DNA of 64,000 nt. It comes from Rhizophagus irregularis (taxonomy: Eukaryota). Position numbers and translations under genes: made by a program. The DNA lies in NCBI RefSeq assembly GCF_026210795.1, contig NC_089435.1, forward strand, positions 3,286,001 through 3,350,000, read 5' to 3'. Each line of letters begins with the position of its first letter. The stretch's first letter is position 1. Of the stretch, positions 27,925 through 42,070 are shown piece by piece. The notes beneath the pieces are model-generated. The model ran no database searches, was not told where the DNA came from, and saw nothing but the letters and a program-made list of their open reading frames with translations.

Positions 27925-30422
27925 ATGAAAGATTCTTCTAACCCTATTATACCAATTATGTTTATTCCTTTTAATAATGATGAGAATGAATGTTGTTATT
28001 GTAAAAGGTCTTATTCTGCAACACTCTTATTTAAACAAAAATATTGCAAGCATTGCCTGAAATTATATATTAAATGTACAGCTAGCAACAATATAGATGT
28101 ACATATAACTACAATAGATAATCAATGTAACAATAGACATAAACCAAGAAGTTTAGATTTTTGTATGCAAAATATCCATGAGTGGTGTAGTAATTGCTCT
28201 GAAATTTTATGCTTTAAGCAAATAGTCACAAATAATAGATTTCATGAAGTAAATAATAAGGATAATTATAGACAACAAAAATTGATTGAAAATGAAAAAG
28301 ACTGTAAATTATGTGGCAAAATAATTATTAAGCAGATATCTGTAAATATTATTGAATTTAAGCTGTGTTTAGATTGTTATAAAATTTCTTCTGGATGGGT
28401 AGAATCAACTTTAACTAAAGAAGTTATTCCAATTCTTTACTTACCTTGGTGGGATGCTTATAATCAATGTATAGCTTGTGATCAGTTTCTAATGCTTAAA
28501 TCTAATTGTCAAAAATTTTGTTCAAATTGCAAGATTATTTATATTGGATGTAATTATTGTTTGACAACAAATATCATATTTGGAATCACAAACCAATCTC
28601 AATGTAAAAGATGTAAAAGAATAGAAGTAGTATCTATCAATATTAATACCAAAGACGATATTGATACTTACAGAGAAATTAATGATGTTTTATATTATAT
28701 ACAGAATACAGTAGCATTTGATAGTTTTAATTGTAAGATTGCTAATTATTTGGACACTATTAATGAAAATTCAAACATATTAAATGTATATGACTATGTT
28801 AGGAAAATATTCCTTAATTCTAGAACAGACCAGCTATCAATAAATGAAATTCCACATACTCAAATTACAAATTTTAAGTATGTTGCAGAAGGAGGATTTG
28901 GTATTATCTATAAGGCGACTTGGTTAGGTCAAGATGTTGCTGTAAAAAGATTTTTGAATTCACATAACATTAGTAAATATTTTTTAAATGAGGTAATTGA
29001 TTTTTTCTATCGGTTTATTATATTTATATGTTTTATTACATTTATTAATTAATTTTGATAATTAATATATATATATATTTAGGTAAAATCACTTTTCCAA
29101 TGTTATAGTTTGGAATATATCATTGAAGTTTATGGTATTTCACAAGATATTGAAACAAAGGATTATATGTTAGTAATGAAGTATGCAAGTGGTGGAAATC
29201 TACATAACCATTTGCATAAGAATTTTAGTGATATTGCATGGAATAAAAAACTACATACTTTATGGAAAATTTTAGAAGGGTCAGTATTTATATTATATAT
29301 TTATTAATTATTGTTTAAATTTATAATATTAATTATTATTACTTATTTATTTCAGCCTAAATGTAATTCATAAAAACCATTTTATACATCGGGATTTTCA
29401 TAGTGGCAATATATTGATAGCACATCAAACATGGTTAATTTGTGATTTAGGATTATCATTACCTGCAAATTATAGTTTATCAAATAATGAAGTATATGGA
29501 GTAATACCCTATATTGCACCAGAAATATTTAAGGGTGGCGCATTTTCAAAGGAATCAGATATTTATAGTATAGGTATGATTATGTGGGAATTAACAACAG
29601 GTTGTAAACCTTTTGCTAATATTGATCATGACGTGGATTTGATTTATAAAATTATTGACGGAAAACAACCTGAAATTACAAAAGATACTCCTGAATGTTT
29701 TGCTAATTTAATGAAAAGATGCTGGGATTCTGATCCTTCAAGAAGACCTTTAATTACTGAAATTACAGAAAGTTTTAATAATTGGTATCACAAGAATAAA
29801 TATGTAGAAATATTCAAACAGGCAGAACAAAAAAGATTAGAATTAATACAATTGAAACAACTCGGTCCTGAATTCAGTGAAAAACCGCATCCTGGTGCTA
29901 TATATACTAGTAGACCACTAAGCTCCATGATTTCTAATTTATCTTCAACTAGATCATTTAGTATAAAACAAGGTACGTATTATTTGCTCCAAAAAAATGA
30001 TTTATGTTTGAAATTAATAATTATTTTTATTATTTTTAGATAATATACTAATTGATGACAGTGGAGGTAAGTTACTGAATTATATAAAATGATATTATGA
30101 ATAGTTAATTTTAAAATCGGATTAAATTCTTATAGAATATAATACCAAGGAACAAGATCTTGATATAGACATAAGGTATTGATATTAAATTATACTGTAA
30201 AAATTTTAAGTGTATTTTCTAATTTTAACATTATTTTATCTTAATCAAATACAATTTTTATTAGTGAATCAAAAAAGCGTAATATTACTAAAGTATTACA
30301 AATTGAAACTTCGGATCAAGGTAAATATTAAGATTTTATTAATTCATAAGGATAATATTAAATAACAGCTAATTCATTGATTTATTGTAGGAAAGCGCAT
30401 TAAAATAGTTAATAGAAATTGA
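27925..30422 (+). CDS. Paralogous TKL kinase with one Cys-rich repeat (partial tandem duplicate)
   Basis: Homology starts mid-repeat at ~27781; first in-frame ATG at 27925; same main intron positions; HRDFHSGN, DLG and APE intact. Confidence 0.75.
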
Positions 30423-31540
30423 ATATAATTTATAGATTTTATTTGATATGTTTCATAGTTTTATCCATTTTATAATAAATAAAGGACGTTTATTACTTAT
30501 TTTATCACGTGATTTTAAAATATTTCGATTGGCTAATTTTATTCAATTTATTTATCACGAGATTTGCCGAAAAAATTACCGAGAATCCGAAAATTAATTG
30601 TAAAAGTATTACAAAACAATTACAATTTTTTTTAGTCATAAAAAAAAAGATAAATAACAGTCATTAGATATTGTTGAAGCACAAAAAATATATGTACTAA
30701 TTTTATATGTTTATAAAAAGTATAAACAAACCTATTTTTAATTGGATCATTTCTAAAAGTTAAAATGAAAATTGAAGAACGAAAAAAAGGTAACTAAACA
30801 CTACTAAGAATTAAGGGTGAAGAAAAATAAAAAAATGAAGATCAAGAAAAATGAACAATAAAATTGAAGGAAAAGAAAATGAAGATAAAAAATGCGTATG
30901 TACTGCTGCAGTATAAAATTTATAAATTTAAGTTTTAAATTTAAATTTTAAATTTTTTTCTAATGAACGACTCCATCATTGTCTCATTAGGGCACTATTA
31001 AAATTTTGATTATAATTGTAAAAACCATATCTAGTAAGTTAAGAAAAACTTTTATCAATGAAATTTTACAAAAGTAAATTTATATCACTAGGTATACAAT
31101 TCAATTTTAAAATAGAACTTTGGCTCGCGCTAGTGTAACTCGCTAACGTAAAAATTATCTTTTTTGACCCTCCCTATATGTAATACAGTATGTGCGTGTC
31201 AAAAAAACAACACGGGGAGGTCAAAAAGGTAATTTTTGCCTTGATAGATTTTTTTAGAATCTGATCGATCATTTCGGCCAAAAAAACGTTAATTTTGGCC
31301 AAAATGACCAATATTCAGTGAGCCCAAATCCGCTCATATGTATTAGCGGTTCTATAATTCTATGCTTGGTGAAATTATCATCGACGAAGCAACGAGGTTA
31401 TAATCCCGTTACAATAATATTTTTGTATATATTTGCTATTCTCTATATATTTTGGCAAGTTCAAACATCATAATGGTCATATTCTATCACGCTGGTTATC
31501 GATTGATCTACATTATTTATGCAATAAATTAAAAACCTCC

Positions 31541-32044
31541 CCTAGCGTAACCTGAAAAAAATGTCACGAAATGGCCGGCATTACGCAACTTGACTAAAAT
31601 TAAGTGTGGCGCACATGTGACGAATAACGTGTGACGAATAAGTTTTTACCTACTCGAAAAAAACTGAGTCCCTCAGATACTTATAGAAAATGGAAGCGCA
31701 GTGGGGTGTGACCAGGGACGATGATTTTTTGTGATCACAGAATTTCACAGAAAATCACAAAATTTGGCTATAAAAATGTTGATAATTTTCAAGTTTTTGG
31801 CCTGATTTAGGATTTGAAATTATTATAATTCCGGCAGACACTAAATTTGGCCAGAATTTACGAATCGTAATGTTGGCTAACCTTGCATAATTCTGGCCAA
31901 ATCACAAAATTTCACAAAATTTACTTTTACCACACACAAAATTTACTTTATACCGCCGCAAAAAATCATCGTCCCTGGGTGTGACGGTTGTGACAAAAAA
32001 ATGTCACGTGATTTTTCGTGACATTTTTTCCAGGTTACGCTGGG
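31541..32044. mobile_element. TIR element, possibly CACTA/EnSpm-like
   Basis: ~31-bp TIR CC(C/T)AGCGTAACCTG(G/A)AAAAAATGTCACGAAA; no clear TSD. Confidence 0.65.
31713..31977. mobile_element. hAT-like MITE nested in 31541-32044
   Basis: TIR CAGGGACGATGATTTTTT; perfect 8-bp TSD GGTGTGAC (31705-31712, 31978-31985). Confidence 0.9.
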
Positions 32045-32563
32045 AAAGTCCTTCGACATCTGCTGCGACAGTTATTGTATCACGCTGGTTATCAATTGAT
32101 CTAAGGAATGTATCACTTTTGATATCTATAAAATCTACTTGTGAGTGATAAGTTACCTATTACAGTATATCGTGATCAAAACAATATATAATAATAAAAT
32201 CATTGCCTATAAATATATTAGAATTTACTTTTTAAAGAAAAATAACACAAACAATTATTCTGCAATCATGAATTTACCATATAATCAGTAACGCAATTTG
32301 GTTATATTGTACAAAGCGAGTTTCCTGTTTTATGACGTGTAACTGGGGGTTATTATTTTGTTTTTTTAATTGAACGCGTCTTATTGCGTGTGAAAATTTC
32401 TTTATCTCATCAAATAACATATAAAATCCCCTACTTACAAAAGAAACGAAATTTTTCAAAAAAAAAAAAAAAAAAATTTCATCCAAATAACAATAAAGAA
32501 ACGAAAAAAAAATATTATTCAAATATACTCAAATATTGTTCAAATAATTTGTGATACAAAATC

Positions 32564-32824
32564 ATGTCTACAAACTCCAATACTTCCTCAACTTCAAATA
32601 ATAATTCTTCATCTCAAACTCAACCTTCAAATAGTAACGATAACGTTTATAGAGGCGTTAATGATCAAGGAAATAAATGGACTCATCGTGGAGATTCAGT
32701 AGCATCTGGCGGTTCTTATCATTACTCCAACCAAGATAATTCTTATTATTATCAAAATCCTGACGGTTCCAGATATTATAACGATGGAAATGGCTTTTCC
32801 AGTTACAAAAAGTACGAATCTTAA
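32564..32824 (+). CDS. Small Ser/Asn/Tyr-rich protein of an uncharacterised fungal family
   Basis: GVNDQGN...SYHYSNQDNSYYYQNPDGSRYYNDGNG; upstream TATAAAA; paralog at 61427. Confidence 0.75.
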   Translation: MSTNSNTSSTSNNNSSSQTQPSNSNDNVYRGVNDQGNKWTHRGDSVASGGSYHYSNQDNSYYYQNPDGSRYYNDGNGFSSYKKYES

Positions 32825-35800
32825 CTAGAATAATGGAATCTTTTTTTTCCTTTTGAATTTTTTCCTTTATTTCTTTTTCTTTTTTTTTTTCGACAATGAT
32901 AGATTTTTTTGTTGTCTCAGTGTTTCTTATGTTCTGTTATATATATATTTTTGTCGTTGTTTTTCTCTCAATGTTCTTTTTATCGTCTTAACTCTCATGT
33001 CCATGTCTAGACAAATATTAAGAAATAAAGTTTTGAATTTTAAATTTTAAATTTTGACGTTTTTATAATATAGATTACACTTATAATATGTTACGTGTAG
33101 ACAATTAATAACTACACCATATACCATTTAAAAATGATACTGTTAGTAGGGAACTGTCGTAGTATATAAATATATTCCTGTTTTAAAGATGTTAAAAATA
33201 TTCGTCAGTATTTAGAAAATTTTATCTATCAAACACTCTAAACACTCTTCATATATAAGCTGTTACATATCATCATTATTTACATTTACAAGGATACTTA
33301 CTAAAAAATTTGATTTATAGGCAAAAATATCATACCGATGAAATCACCGACACTAATCTCGCTAAAATAGAATTTTATTTTGATTTATCATAAAAAAAAA
33401 CTCGCCAAAACCTGTTAATGAAACCACATCTTTAAAAACAACAGAATCAAAGACAAAAAGTACCTAAGTTGATTTAGAATTTACATCAATCAAGAAAGAA
33501 ACTGATGTGGATGTAATAAAAAATTCCGGTGAAACTTGAGGAAGTGGCAACGATCTCCATCAAAAGCAGTTTATTCCTCAAGTGTACGAATTAAATTTTA
33601 ATAGGTAGTATCCAGGTCATTGGACTCTAAAGGAACGTAAAGGGCGTGATGATATGGAAGATCTATTGGATAATGGTAATGATTACGCTTTTTTAAATAA
33701 GTTTCAAGTTTAACGCTTCAAATTTGTTACTACAGAATGAAATTAAAAGTTCATAGGGTACTTCGAATCACCATTTAAAATTGACCAAAATTATAATTTG
33801 GAAGTGAATAGTTCGTCTCAACGAAAAGGAAATTCTTAAGAAAAGAGGAGAAGACTCGTGAGGAAATCAGCAAGAAATTAAAGACAGGAAAGAAACGAAG
33901 GAATCACATGACCGGACTTCAAATGATTTTTTGGTAAATTTAGTTTCAGATAGATTACATAGTCTAGATAATAATCGTAGATTAGACTACTTAGCAAAAG
34001 CATAAACCTAGTGATTTTTTAGGTAAAGAAAGAGGAGAGGTTTTAAAAGTAGTTGAGAAAACTCTTACTGTCGATATCTTTAATTTAATGTATGGCGTTA
34101 ATTTATGAAAACACATATTTACAGTATATGAAAGTACTTTTCAGTTTCTCATTTATCGTGGCAAAATAGTATTAGATGCTATTGTCCTGTATTATATTAC
34201 GAGTAAAATATGAATCAACTACGTTAAATGTTTCAAAAAAATTATTAAAAAGAAACTTATTAAAGTAAATAACTTTGTCGTTAAATATTAGTTGAATGAA
34301 AAGTATAAAAAAAAAATTTCAATCATAAGACCATAGACTTCTTTTATATTGCTGAATATATTGTATTAAACTTACCTTTTATTTTTTTCTTTACGTAAGC
34401 TAAATTATAAAAACTTTAGACCGTATTACAGAGAATCACATATCCACTCACACACCAACACATCCACACGCCACCGCCTAAAAAAAAGTTACTGTAGTAT
34501 TTATAGATATATTTATACCCTTCTTAGATTACTGTCGCATACCAGGAGTAATTTTTTTACTATTTCCCATTAAGAAATTCTATAGAAAGTTACGGTTCAA
34601 ATTCAACGATGTCACAAGAAATGTATTGAGTTTCATGACAGAATTAAACTTTACGGTCGTCAAGATATGAAATATTTATTTACTTTGCACGTCTGAATTT
34701 TTTTAAAGACGGACGGAATAAGAAAAATCAAGATAATATGCGTGTAATAATAATTTTTATCTTAGATTTAATTAATTTGTTAAACAAAACAATATTAAAT
34801 AGTAAACCATTTTAAGATTGTAATAATATGAATATATTAATTGAATTGTACCCAATTGCAGCTTCATTTATAAAAAGATTTAACCATACATATTAATAAT
34901 TTTTCAATATCGTAAAACATTTTTTTCATGAAAAGTTTTGTAAAAAGAAATTCTTGGAACTTATCATGGAGAAGTTACCAAAGAATCTCCTTTTAGGTAA
35001 CATAATTGAATAAAATTTTGTTCACGTGCAGTCATCCCGACATGATTGATGACAATAAAGTACTATCACCAACAAGAGCTTCTGATTCCTTTAACAAACA
35101 CCATTTATTAAAAATCGTTACGATCAAGTTCGTTATATAATTTTTTTTTTTATCAGAATATTTTTAATATTAAAATAAACCTTTTATTTTATTTTAGTAT
35201 CAAAGAATTACAAAGTAAAAGCATGATAATTATTTACAATTAAAGTAAAAAGAAAAAAGAATTTTCATAATCACGTAAACTATTTTTTTTTAATTATCAC
35301 AAAATAATTCCGCACTCAAAATACAAGATTTTCCTTTTCGGTAATTAATCATTATTTTTTTTCAAAATTTTTTCATATTATTAACTAAATGGTTATTTTC
35401 ACATTTTAGTGTTAAATAGACTGATAATTCTCATAATCAATACGATCAAAATGAATGGCCTGTTGCATTATCTGTAATATATCATTTTTTTTCTTTATCC
35501 AAAGAAATTTATATATATATATAATATTTTATTTTATTAGACTCATATACCACAAATATCATCAGTCAATGAAATGTATCCCTTATCACAACGAAGAACT
35601 TTCACAAATTGCTTTGGAAAGCCCACTTCCATCTCCAGATCTTTTAACGATGATAGCATTACCGGTATGACGGCATCTGCTCCTTCATATTCTCTAATCT
35701 CTTTCGGTAATCCACAAACTTTTAAATTACGTATTTAATCCGGTATGTTTAATGGTTTGTTGCGCCATTCTAATTAATATTGTTTCAACGATAACAACTT

Positions 35801-36244
35801 ATCACGTGATCAATGATCACCATTTCAACATTTCGTACACGGAGTGACGGAGGTAAAGAAAATGAGATTTTCACCAGAATTAAAAGAAAGAAAGATTCCA
35901 AGACCTCAACACTTATTCTACGAAATGATTAATCCAAATTTTTAACTCTTATTCAGGGGCTGTCCTATTTTTCATTACCCTAACGTCCTTCAGAAACTAA
36001 AACATAATTTTAATAATGTCGTAGGACATGTTTATCTTATAGATTCATTTAAAAAGAGTAGTTTCCGTCAAAATAGTCCAGATTCCTTTAGAATAATAGT
36101 TTCTTTCAGAGAACTCGAATGGAAGGTTCTGATATTTCTCGTCGATTCGAAGTGAAATCATCGATTCTTCGCATGTTAATTGTATGCCTTCCTGTTAATT
36201 CAAAAAAAAATCTTATCTGAAAGTGAAATTGTTCATCTCGTTAA

Positions 36245-36640
36245 AATTACCACTATTTAATTATGCAGCTTTTATATGTGAACTTAAGAGTGCAGCAATT
36301 TCATCTATTGCTAGTTTTTGTCTAAATCTTCAAAATCTTTTGTAATTTTTAAAAAGTAATAAATTACATTTATTACAAGCAATATTTATTGAATTTCAAT
36401 AGTTGAAAAAACATTAAAACTTGGTTATGGGTAAGAATATTTAAACGAAACGGAAGTATTAGAAATTTTTGCAAATCATTCATCACAAATGAATTAAAAT
36501 ATATAATGATGACTCAAATTTAAAATTTGTAACTCTGAAAGATTTAGAATCATTTTTCATAAGTTGGGAAAATAGAGTATCAAAAAAATTACTTTCTTTA
36601 ATAATCCTTAAGAAATATTATGAAGATTATGATGAATTAT
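36245..36640 (+). pseudogene. F-box/LRR gene remnant
   Basis: Fragments PLFNYAAF, SIASFCLNL, LESFFISWENR with frameshifts and deletions. Confidence 0.7.
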
Positions 36641-37486
36641 TAGGAGTGTAATTCGAATTACTATAAGAGTTGATGCAGCCAAAGTATTATTTGCGATTGA
36701 CAATTTGCGATTTGTATTGTCATTATACTCGTCAATTGAACAAAAATCTTTTACGCGTCATTAAAAAAAACCATTTAATTAGCGGGCACTTTTCCTAGCC
36801 AAAATCCAATTTTTTTGTGGTACGCATATGAGCTCTTGGTTAGCAATCAGTAGAATATTAATAACTATTTTTATAACCAGCGAGTATATTGTACGAAAAT
36901 AAATATCATGCCATTCATATACATTTATTATTTATTAAAATACTATTGTTTATAGTGTCAAAATGGTATTATATTAAAACACAATTCGGTATTATAAAAA
37001 AAAAGGTGTGCAAATTTCCAGTAAATAAATAAGTATATTTATTATAAAAATACGTATCAAAAAAAGTTTCAATAAAAAATTTGCATGAGTCTTTCATATT
37101 ATTAGTGAATAAAACTCTGGAAAAAACCTCCAATAAATGATCATTTTTCTAGTTTTGTTCTAAAGAAACTCAGACACGTGATCATTTTTCTGAAAAAATT
37201 TTTATAGGGAAATGAGCTAATTGTTTAAAATACTGTATGGTATCAAGAAAATGTTTTTTGAAATAAAATGATCATTTAAAACATGTATGAATGTAAGCAA
37301 ACAAACATTCAATATTTTTTTTTGCATATGAAATATATAATGTGTGAAATACTATTATCTTTAATGCTTTCTACTACCACATATATTTAATTTGAAATCA
37401 CATATATATCTGGATACAAATATTGAACTCTTCCTTCCTTACTAGTTACTCCTTTTTGATATCTTAAGTAAAAAATTGTTTAAATG

Positions 37487-39360
37487 TCACAGTTCTTCCT
37501 CATCTGACATTGCCTCAGTGATATACTTATTAGTCTGATTCATAATAAGCTGTTGCACTTTTCTTTCAATTCTCCATACTCTTGCATTTTTTTTAATAAT
37601 ATTATGTCTCAAGCATAGTAATGTTTGAATTAGTTGAGCTGCATATCCCAAATTAGCAGCAGAAGTTGGAATAGTGAGACTTGGGACCATAAATGGTGAA
37701 AATAAGTACAACCCTGGTCCAATATATATCATTTGACCAATTTCAAGATAATTGTCTGTAATAGTTATATTAAATGTTAAGATATATAAACAATTTATAC
37801 ACTAATATTTAATAGTGACTTATTATGACCTTGTGCTGGAAAGATTCCCAAAGTTTCACATACATCCCATGATGGAAAGAATGTTCTTATTATAAACTTA
37901 TTTAGGGCAAAAATGCCTTTCTTTATTAGATCCAGTTTATTAGGAACCTCAGAAACATCTAGCAAAACATTGGGATTGGTCAGGCTGTTTAAGGAATTCT
38001 GCACTATCTGCCTTATAATCAGTATCTTGTAAATCTGATTTTGTAGAAATGGATGTTCACATGAAAAGTATTGAATAGAATCCAAGAAACTGAATGTCAT
38101 AAAAAAAAAATATGACAGAACATGTGCTGTCCAAGATTGTTCTGTGGTATTCTCCTTCTCTTCTTGATCTGTATTGGTATTCACACTGTCACACTGATGA
38201 TGATCATTAGCTGCATTTTGTCATCTATATTCTCATTGTACAAATCTTAAATCCAATAAAATAAAAATATAAATAAATTATAAATTGTTTACATAAAACA
38301 AATTTGAAATTGATAATTACCTGTCTGCATCCAGATATCATCATTCATCTTGTTAAAACAACTGCAATCAAAGCTGTTTGGGCTTTTGATCAGAAATCCT
38401 TCTTCATTACCCCTAATTATTTGTGTAAAGTTTTCATATCTCCTTTTCAAAGCATTTCACTTTACATTTTAGTGTAACTATCAATGTGACTTGAGATACT
38501 TTTAATAATATGAATATCAATATGGTAAGATTGATGTTTAGTAAGTTTTGCTTTAATTGGATCATCATCTTCAGTGTTTTGTTCTTCAGATTCTAAAATT
38601 GTGTTAAATAATGGCAAATAATCAAGTGCTTTTGGACTTAAATGAAGTTCTTTATCATCTAATTTTAATATTTCAAATAATGACATTAATTCATCATTTT
38701 CTAACAAATTATGTACTTTCACTAATATTTCTCAATTTCCAAAGTCAATTACATAAAAATTGGATTCAAGTTCATCATTATACCATATGGTTTTAAGTTT
38801 ACTATATTACAAAGGAAATGGACCTCTTTGAAGGTATTTTAAGCTTCATTGACAGAATTTAACAAATCTTCTTGCATAGTACTTCCTTCTTTTTGAATGC
38901 AAGAATGTTGAAATCCTTAGTTTTCAAATGATATTTAATCATTCATTACCAAATTCTATTTATATAATAAAATGAACAAAATCAAAAATGTGCCAAGTAA
39001 TTGAACAAGCAAAATTTAGAATAAAGATCTTGACTTACCTGTCCTTTTTCATTTTTTTTCATTGATAATACTTTGACAATAAGTCATCAAGATTTTATTA
39101 GAAGTTTCTAATTTCACCTATTATGGGAAAATTAATTAAAGTTAGTTATAAATATCAACTATAACAATGCAATAATGCAATGAGAAATGCAAACCATCAT
39201 TACATAAGTAACCAATCACTTTTTTTTTATTTATAATGAAGAACCTTTTCACATATTTCTTCATATTTTTCTGGAGTAATTTCTTTATACTTCTCAGGAA
39301 TCTAGTTTTTCATACAGTTTCTAACCCAGTTGTTGGTGACTCTATGATCATTTTTGTAAA
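37487..39360 (-). pseudogene. Disrupted multi-exon gene divergent from the tyrosine recombinase
   Basis: Collinear ORF fragments (38462-38722, 37795-38184, 37487-37732) with intron-like gaps and frameshifts; product not identified. Confidence 0.5.
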
Positions 39361-40021
39361 CTTTACAAATTTGCAAAATGAACAGTTTTCACCTATATAA
39401 GAGCAAATAGCTAAAGAGATTGATTGGTTAGTAAGTGGTAAAGAAGAATATCAAGAAGGTGCTGGTGAACTATCATTAACTATGGTTAATATTCTGACAT
39501 GTTTAAAATAAAAATGTCTAGAAATACAGTTAAAAAGAATTGATATCTATAACCAGTGTTGAATGATTCAAAATGATTTATATGCATATTGGTGAAAATC
39601 ATGTGCCAGTTTAAGATAATCGGACAATTTGATATATTTTGATATATTTCGTATTATTTGATGGATTTGAACATATTTCCAATTGTCTAATTATTTATTG
39701 TATTATTAACATATTCCCCTATTTGACAATTATATAATTGGACATTTGTTACGTTGATCAATAACAAAGAAATCATGAGCAATAAACTTTACTATTTTTA
39801 GTATCACCTCACAATTAATCTGGACTTAAATTAGACTAATGCGTACAATTTAAATAATTATAAATTATAGTGTGACATTATGATGTTTTATTTAAACTTT
39901 TATTAAACTCGAATTAAACTCATAAATTAAGCTTTTATCATTTTTTTTCTTTATCCAATTTCATTTCTCTCCATTTCTGACTCTCTTTTTTACACAAAAC
40001 CTTTCTATTAATATTTTAAAG

Positions 40022-40938
40022 ATGCAAGATAACAAAGATAAACGACCTTGTAAGAAATTAAAGGTGAACTTTACTTATAAAAAACCTACTGATGATGAGC
40101 TTCGCAATCTTATTGATAGTAGCCGATGTAAAAATACTGATTATTCAACTTCAAATTGGATACGAGCTTTGGAAAAATTTAGAACAGATGTTAATTATCA
40201 AGGATTGATTGAGGAAGTTGATACAAAAGAAGAATTAGAGGATCAGCTTTGTAGATTTGTTTATGCAATGAGAAAAAAAGATGGTTCTGAATATCATGTT
40301 TCTTCAGTTAATAGTTGCATGTTTGCAATAAATAGACATTTGAATAATAAGTCTGTCCTTTCAAAACCTATCAACATTATGGATAAAGATCAATATTACA
40401 AATTATGGCAGATTTTGAATGGTAAAGTTAAGAGTCTTGTGAGTCAAGGTCGTGGGGAGCGTAACGGTGCTGATGGATTTACTGAAGATGATCTTCTTCA
40501 GATTCTTGATCATCCAGCAATGTCTGGCAATGATCCTGCCAGTTTATTATATAGGATCTTTTTTTTTAATGCTATTTTTTTAGGGTTAAGGGGAGGAGAA
40601 CATTTCAATTTGCAGCTTCAAAATTTTATACGAAGAAAAGACAAATATGGTGGATTTGATGTTATCATTTACAAATCAAAAACTAATCAACGCGGTGCCA
40701 ATAATATTGAATCTCAAGGTGATAAGTTATACATTCCCGAAATACCTAGTATCATTGAAATGTATGAAAATTATTTTACCAAACGTCCAACCCAAGCTGA
40801 TCCACATTTTTATTTAAAGCCATGCAATATTAGTGAAGGTAAATATTAAAATTTTTTTTTTTTTTTGACAAATCTAATGTCAAAATTTTTATTATTTTTT
40901 ATTTCATATTATACAGTTGAATTTAATGGACCATGGTA
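40022..40938 (+). pseudogene. Crypton-type tyrosine recombinase, 5' part
   Basis: RKKDGSEY, LGLRGGEH (catalytic Arg), KSKTNQRG; exon 1 at 40022-40838, intron 40839-40916, exon 2 begins VEFNGPW and is then interrupted. Confidence 0.85.
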
Positions 40939-41376
40939 AGTAGTATGAAAACCCCAATTCTAGCTCACCCCCACCATATAATCTAAAATACTACCACTTT
41001 ATATAATCTAATTACCACCATCATATAACTTAATTACCATCATATAATCCACCTACCACTTTTACTATAATTTAACTACCACTTTATATAATCTAATTAC
41101 CACCATCATATAATTTTAATTACCACCATATAATCCACCTACCACTTTTCATATAATCTAGTTACCATCATATAGTTTTATTACCACCATACAATTCTAT
41201 TACCACCACACAATCTGAAAAAATTAACCGAACAAGAAATAGGATTTCAAAGCCAACGGAGCCAAAAAAGGTAAGGAATATTAACCCATCCAGGAAACCA
41301 GCCATGGAGTCAATAGAGCGGAATAGCAAGGCAAGCAATTACCCTTATACCGAGAAAAAATGTAATTGAATAAAAG
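40939..41376 (+). repeat. Left TIR (438 bp)
   Basis: Reverse complement of 52549-52987; one substitution and one 1-bp indel noticed; TACCACCATATAAT-like tandem array at ~40970-41215. Confidence 0.95.
41353..41376 (+). promoter_or_regulatory. Putative element promoter motif, copy 1
   Basis: AGAAAAAATGTAATTGAATAAAAG, 39 nt before ATG 41416. Confidence 0.6.
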
Positions 41377-41415
41377 GTAGGTACCAAGTAACTATACAGA
41401 TAAATAGTACATAAC

Positions 41416-41862
41416 ATGGTATATACCGCAGAAAAGTTAGCAACAATCTTTGGCTGCACAGTCTCTGATCTTATGGCTATCAATAGAGAGATTCTAAAAA
41501 GCCACCAAACCCCGTACGCAGTATCAGTAATCCCCGAACTTGTGGGCCATATCCTGGAATACATTCCAAGTAGAAATTTCGGGACACATCTTCTAGAAGT
41601 CAGCCCAATCTGGAGAGCCGAAGCTGAACGAATACTCTGGAAGCGGCATAAAGAAGCCGAGGAGGCATACGACAAAGCAGTAGAAAAGAAGGAAAAAGCA
41701 AATGATGCTCTTGGTCGATCAGAGGAGGAGGGTAATAGAAATCGTGACCTCCGTGAACTTGAATGGGAGGCATATCAAAAGGCTTGTAAAGAGAGAACAA
41801 ATGCTGCAGTAGAGCATATTATGGTAAAAGAAGCTATTCGCCGTTGTAGCTTACAACTATAA
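41416..41862 (+). CDS. Element-encoded F-box-like / coiled-coil protein
   Basis: IPELVGHILEYI...LLEVSPIWRAEAERILW resembles an F-box; followed by a charged helix. Confidence 0.65.
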   Translation: MVYTAEKLATIFGCTVSDLMAINREILKSHQTPYAVSVIPELVGHILEYIPSRNFGTHLLEVSPIWRAEAERILWKRHKEAEEAYDKAVEKKEKANDALGRSEEEGNRNRDLRELEWEAYQKACKERTNAAVEHIMVKEAIRRCSLQL

Positions 41863-42024
41863 GTTACTTAAGGATAGAGTATACATCAGGACAAGGATGT
41901 GCTCAGTGACTCGGATGACAATCCCGATGACTCAGATGGTGAGGAATAGTTTAGGAAGACAGTACTAATCTGTCTCCCTCTTTTTTTACCCTCATAGGGT
42001 AGGCGAACAATTAATTTTATTTTC

Positions 42025-42048
42025 AGAAAAAATGTAATTGAATAAAAG
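42025..42048 (+). promoter_or_regulatory. Putative element promoter motif, copy 2 (outside the TIR)
   Basis: Identical 24-mer, 22 nt before the PolB ATG. Confidence 0.65.
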
Positions 42049-42070
42049 AGGAGTATAAAAAGTTTACAAG

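Noticed and set aside
31150..31240. Inverted repeat as a structured ncRNA
   Set aside because: More simply a collapsed MITE; no RNA-gene features.
40970..41215. Repeat array as CRISPR or telomere
   Set aside because: No unique spacers or cas genes, degenerate units, and mirrored in the other TIR.
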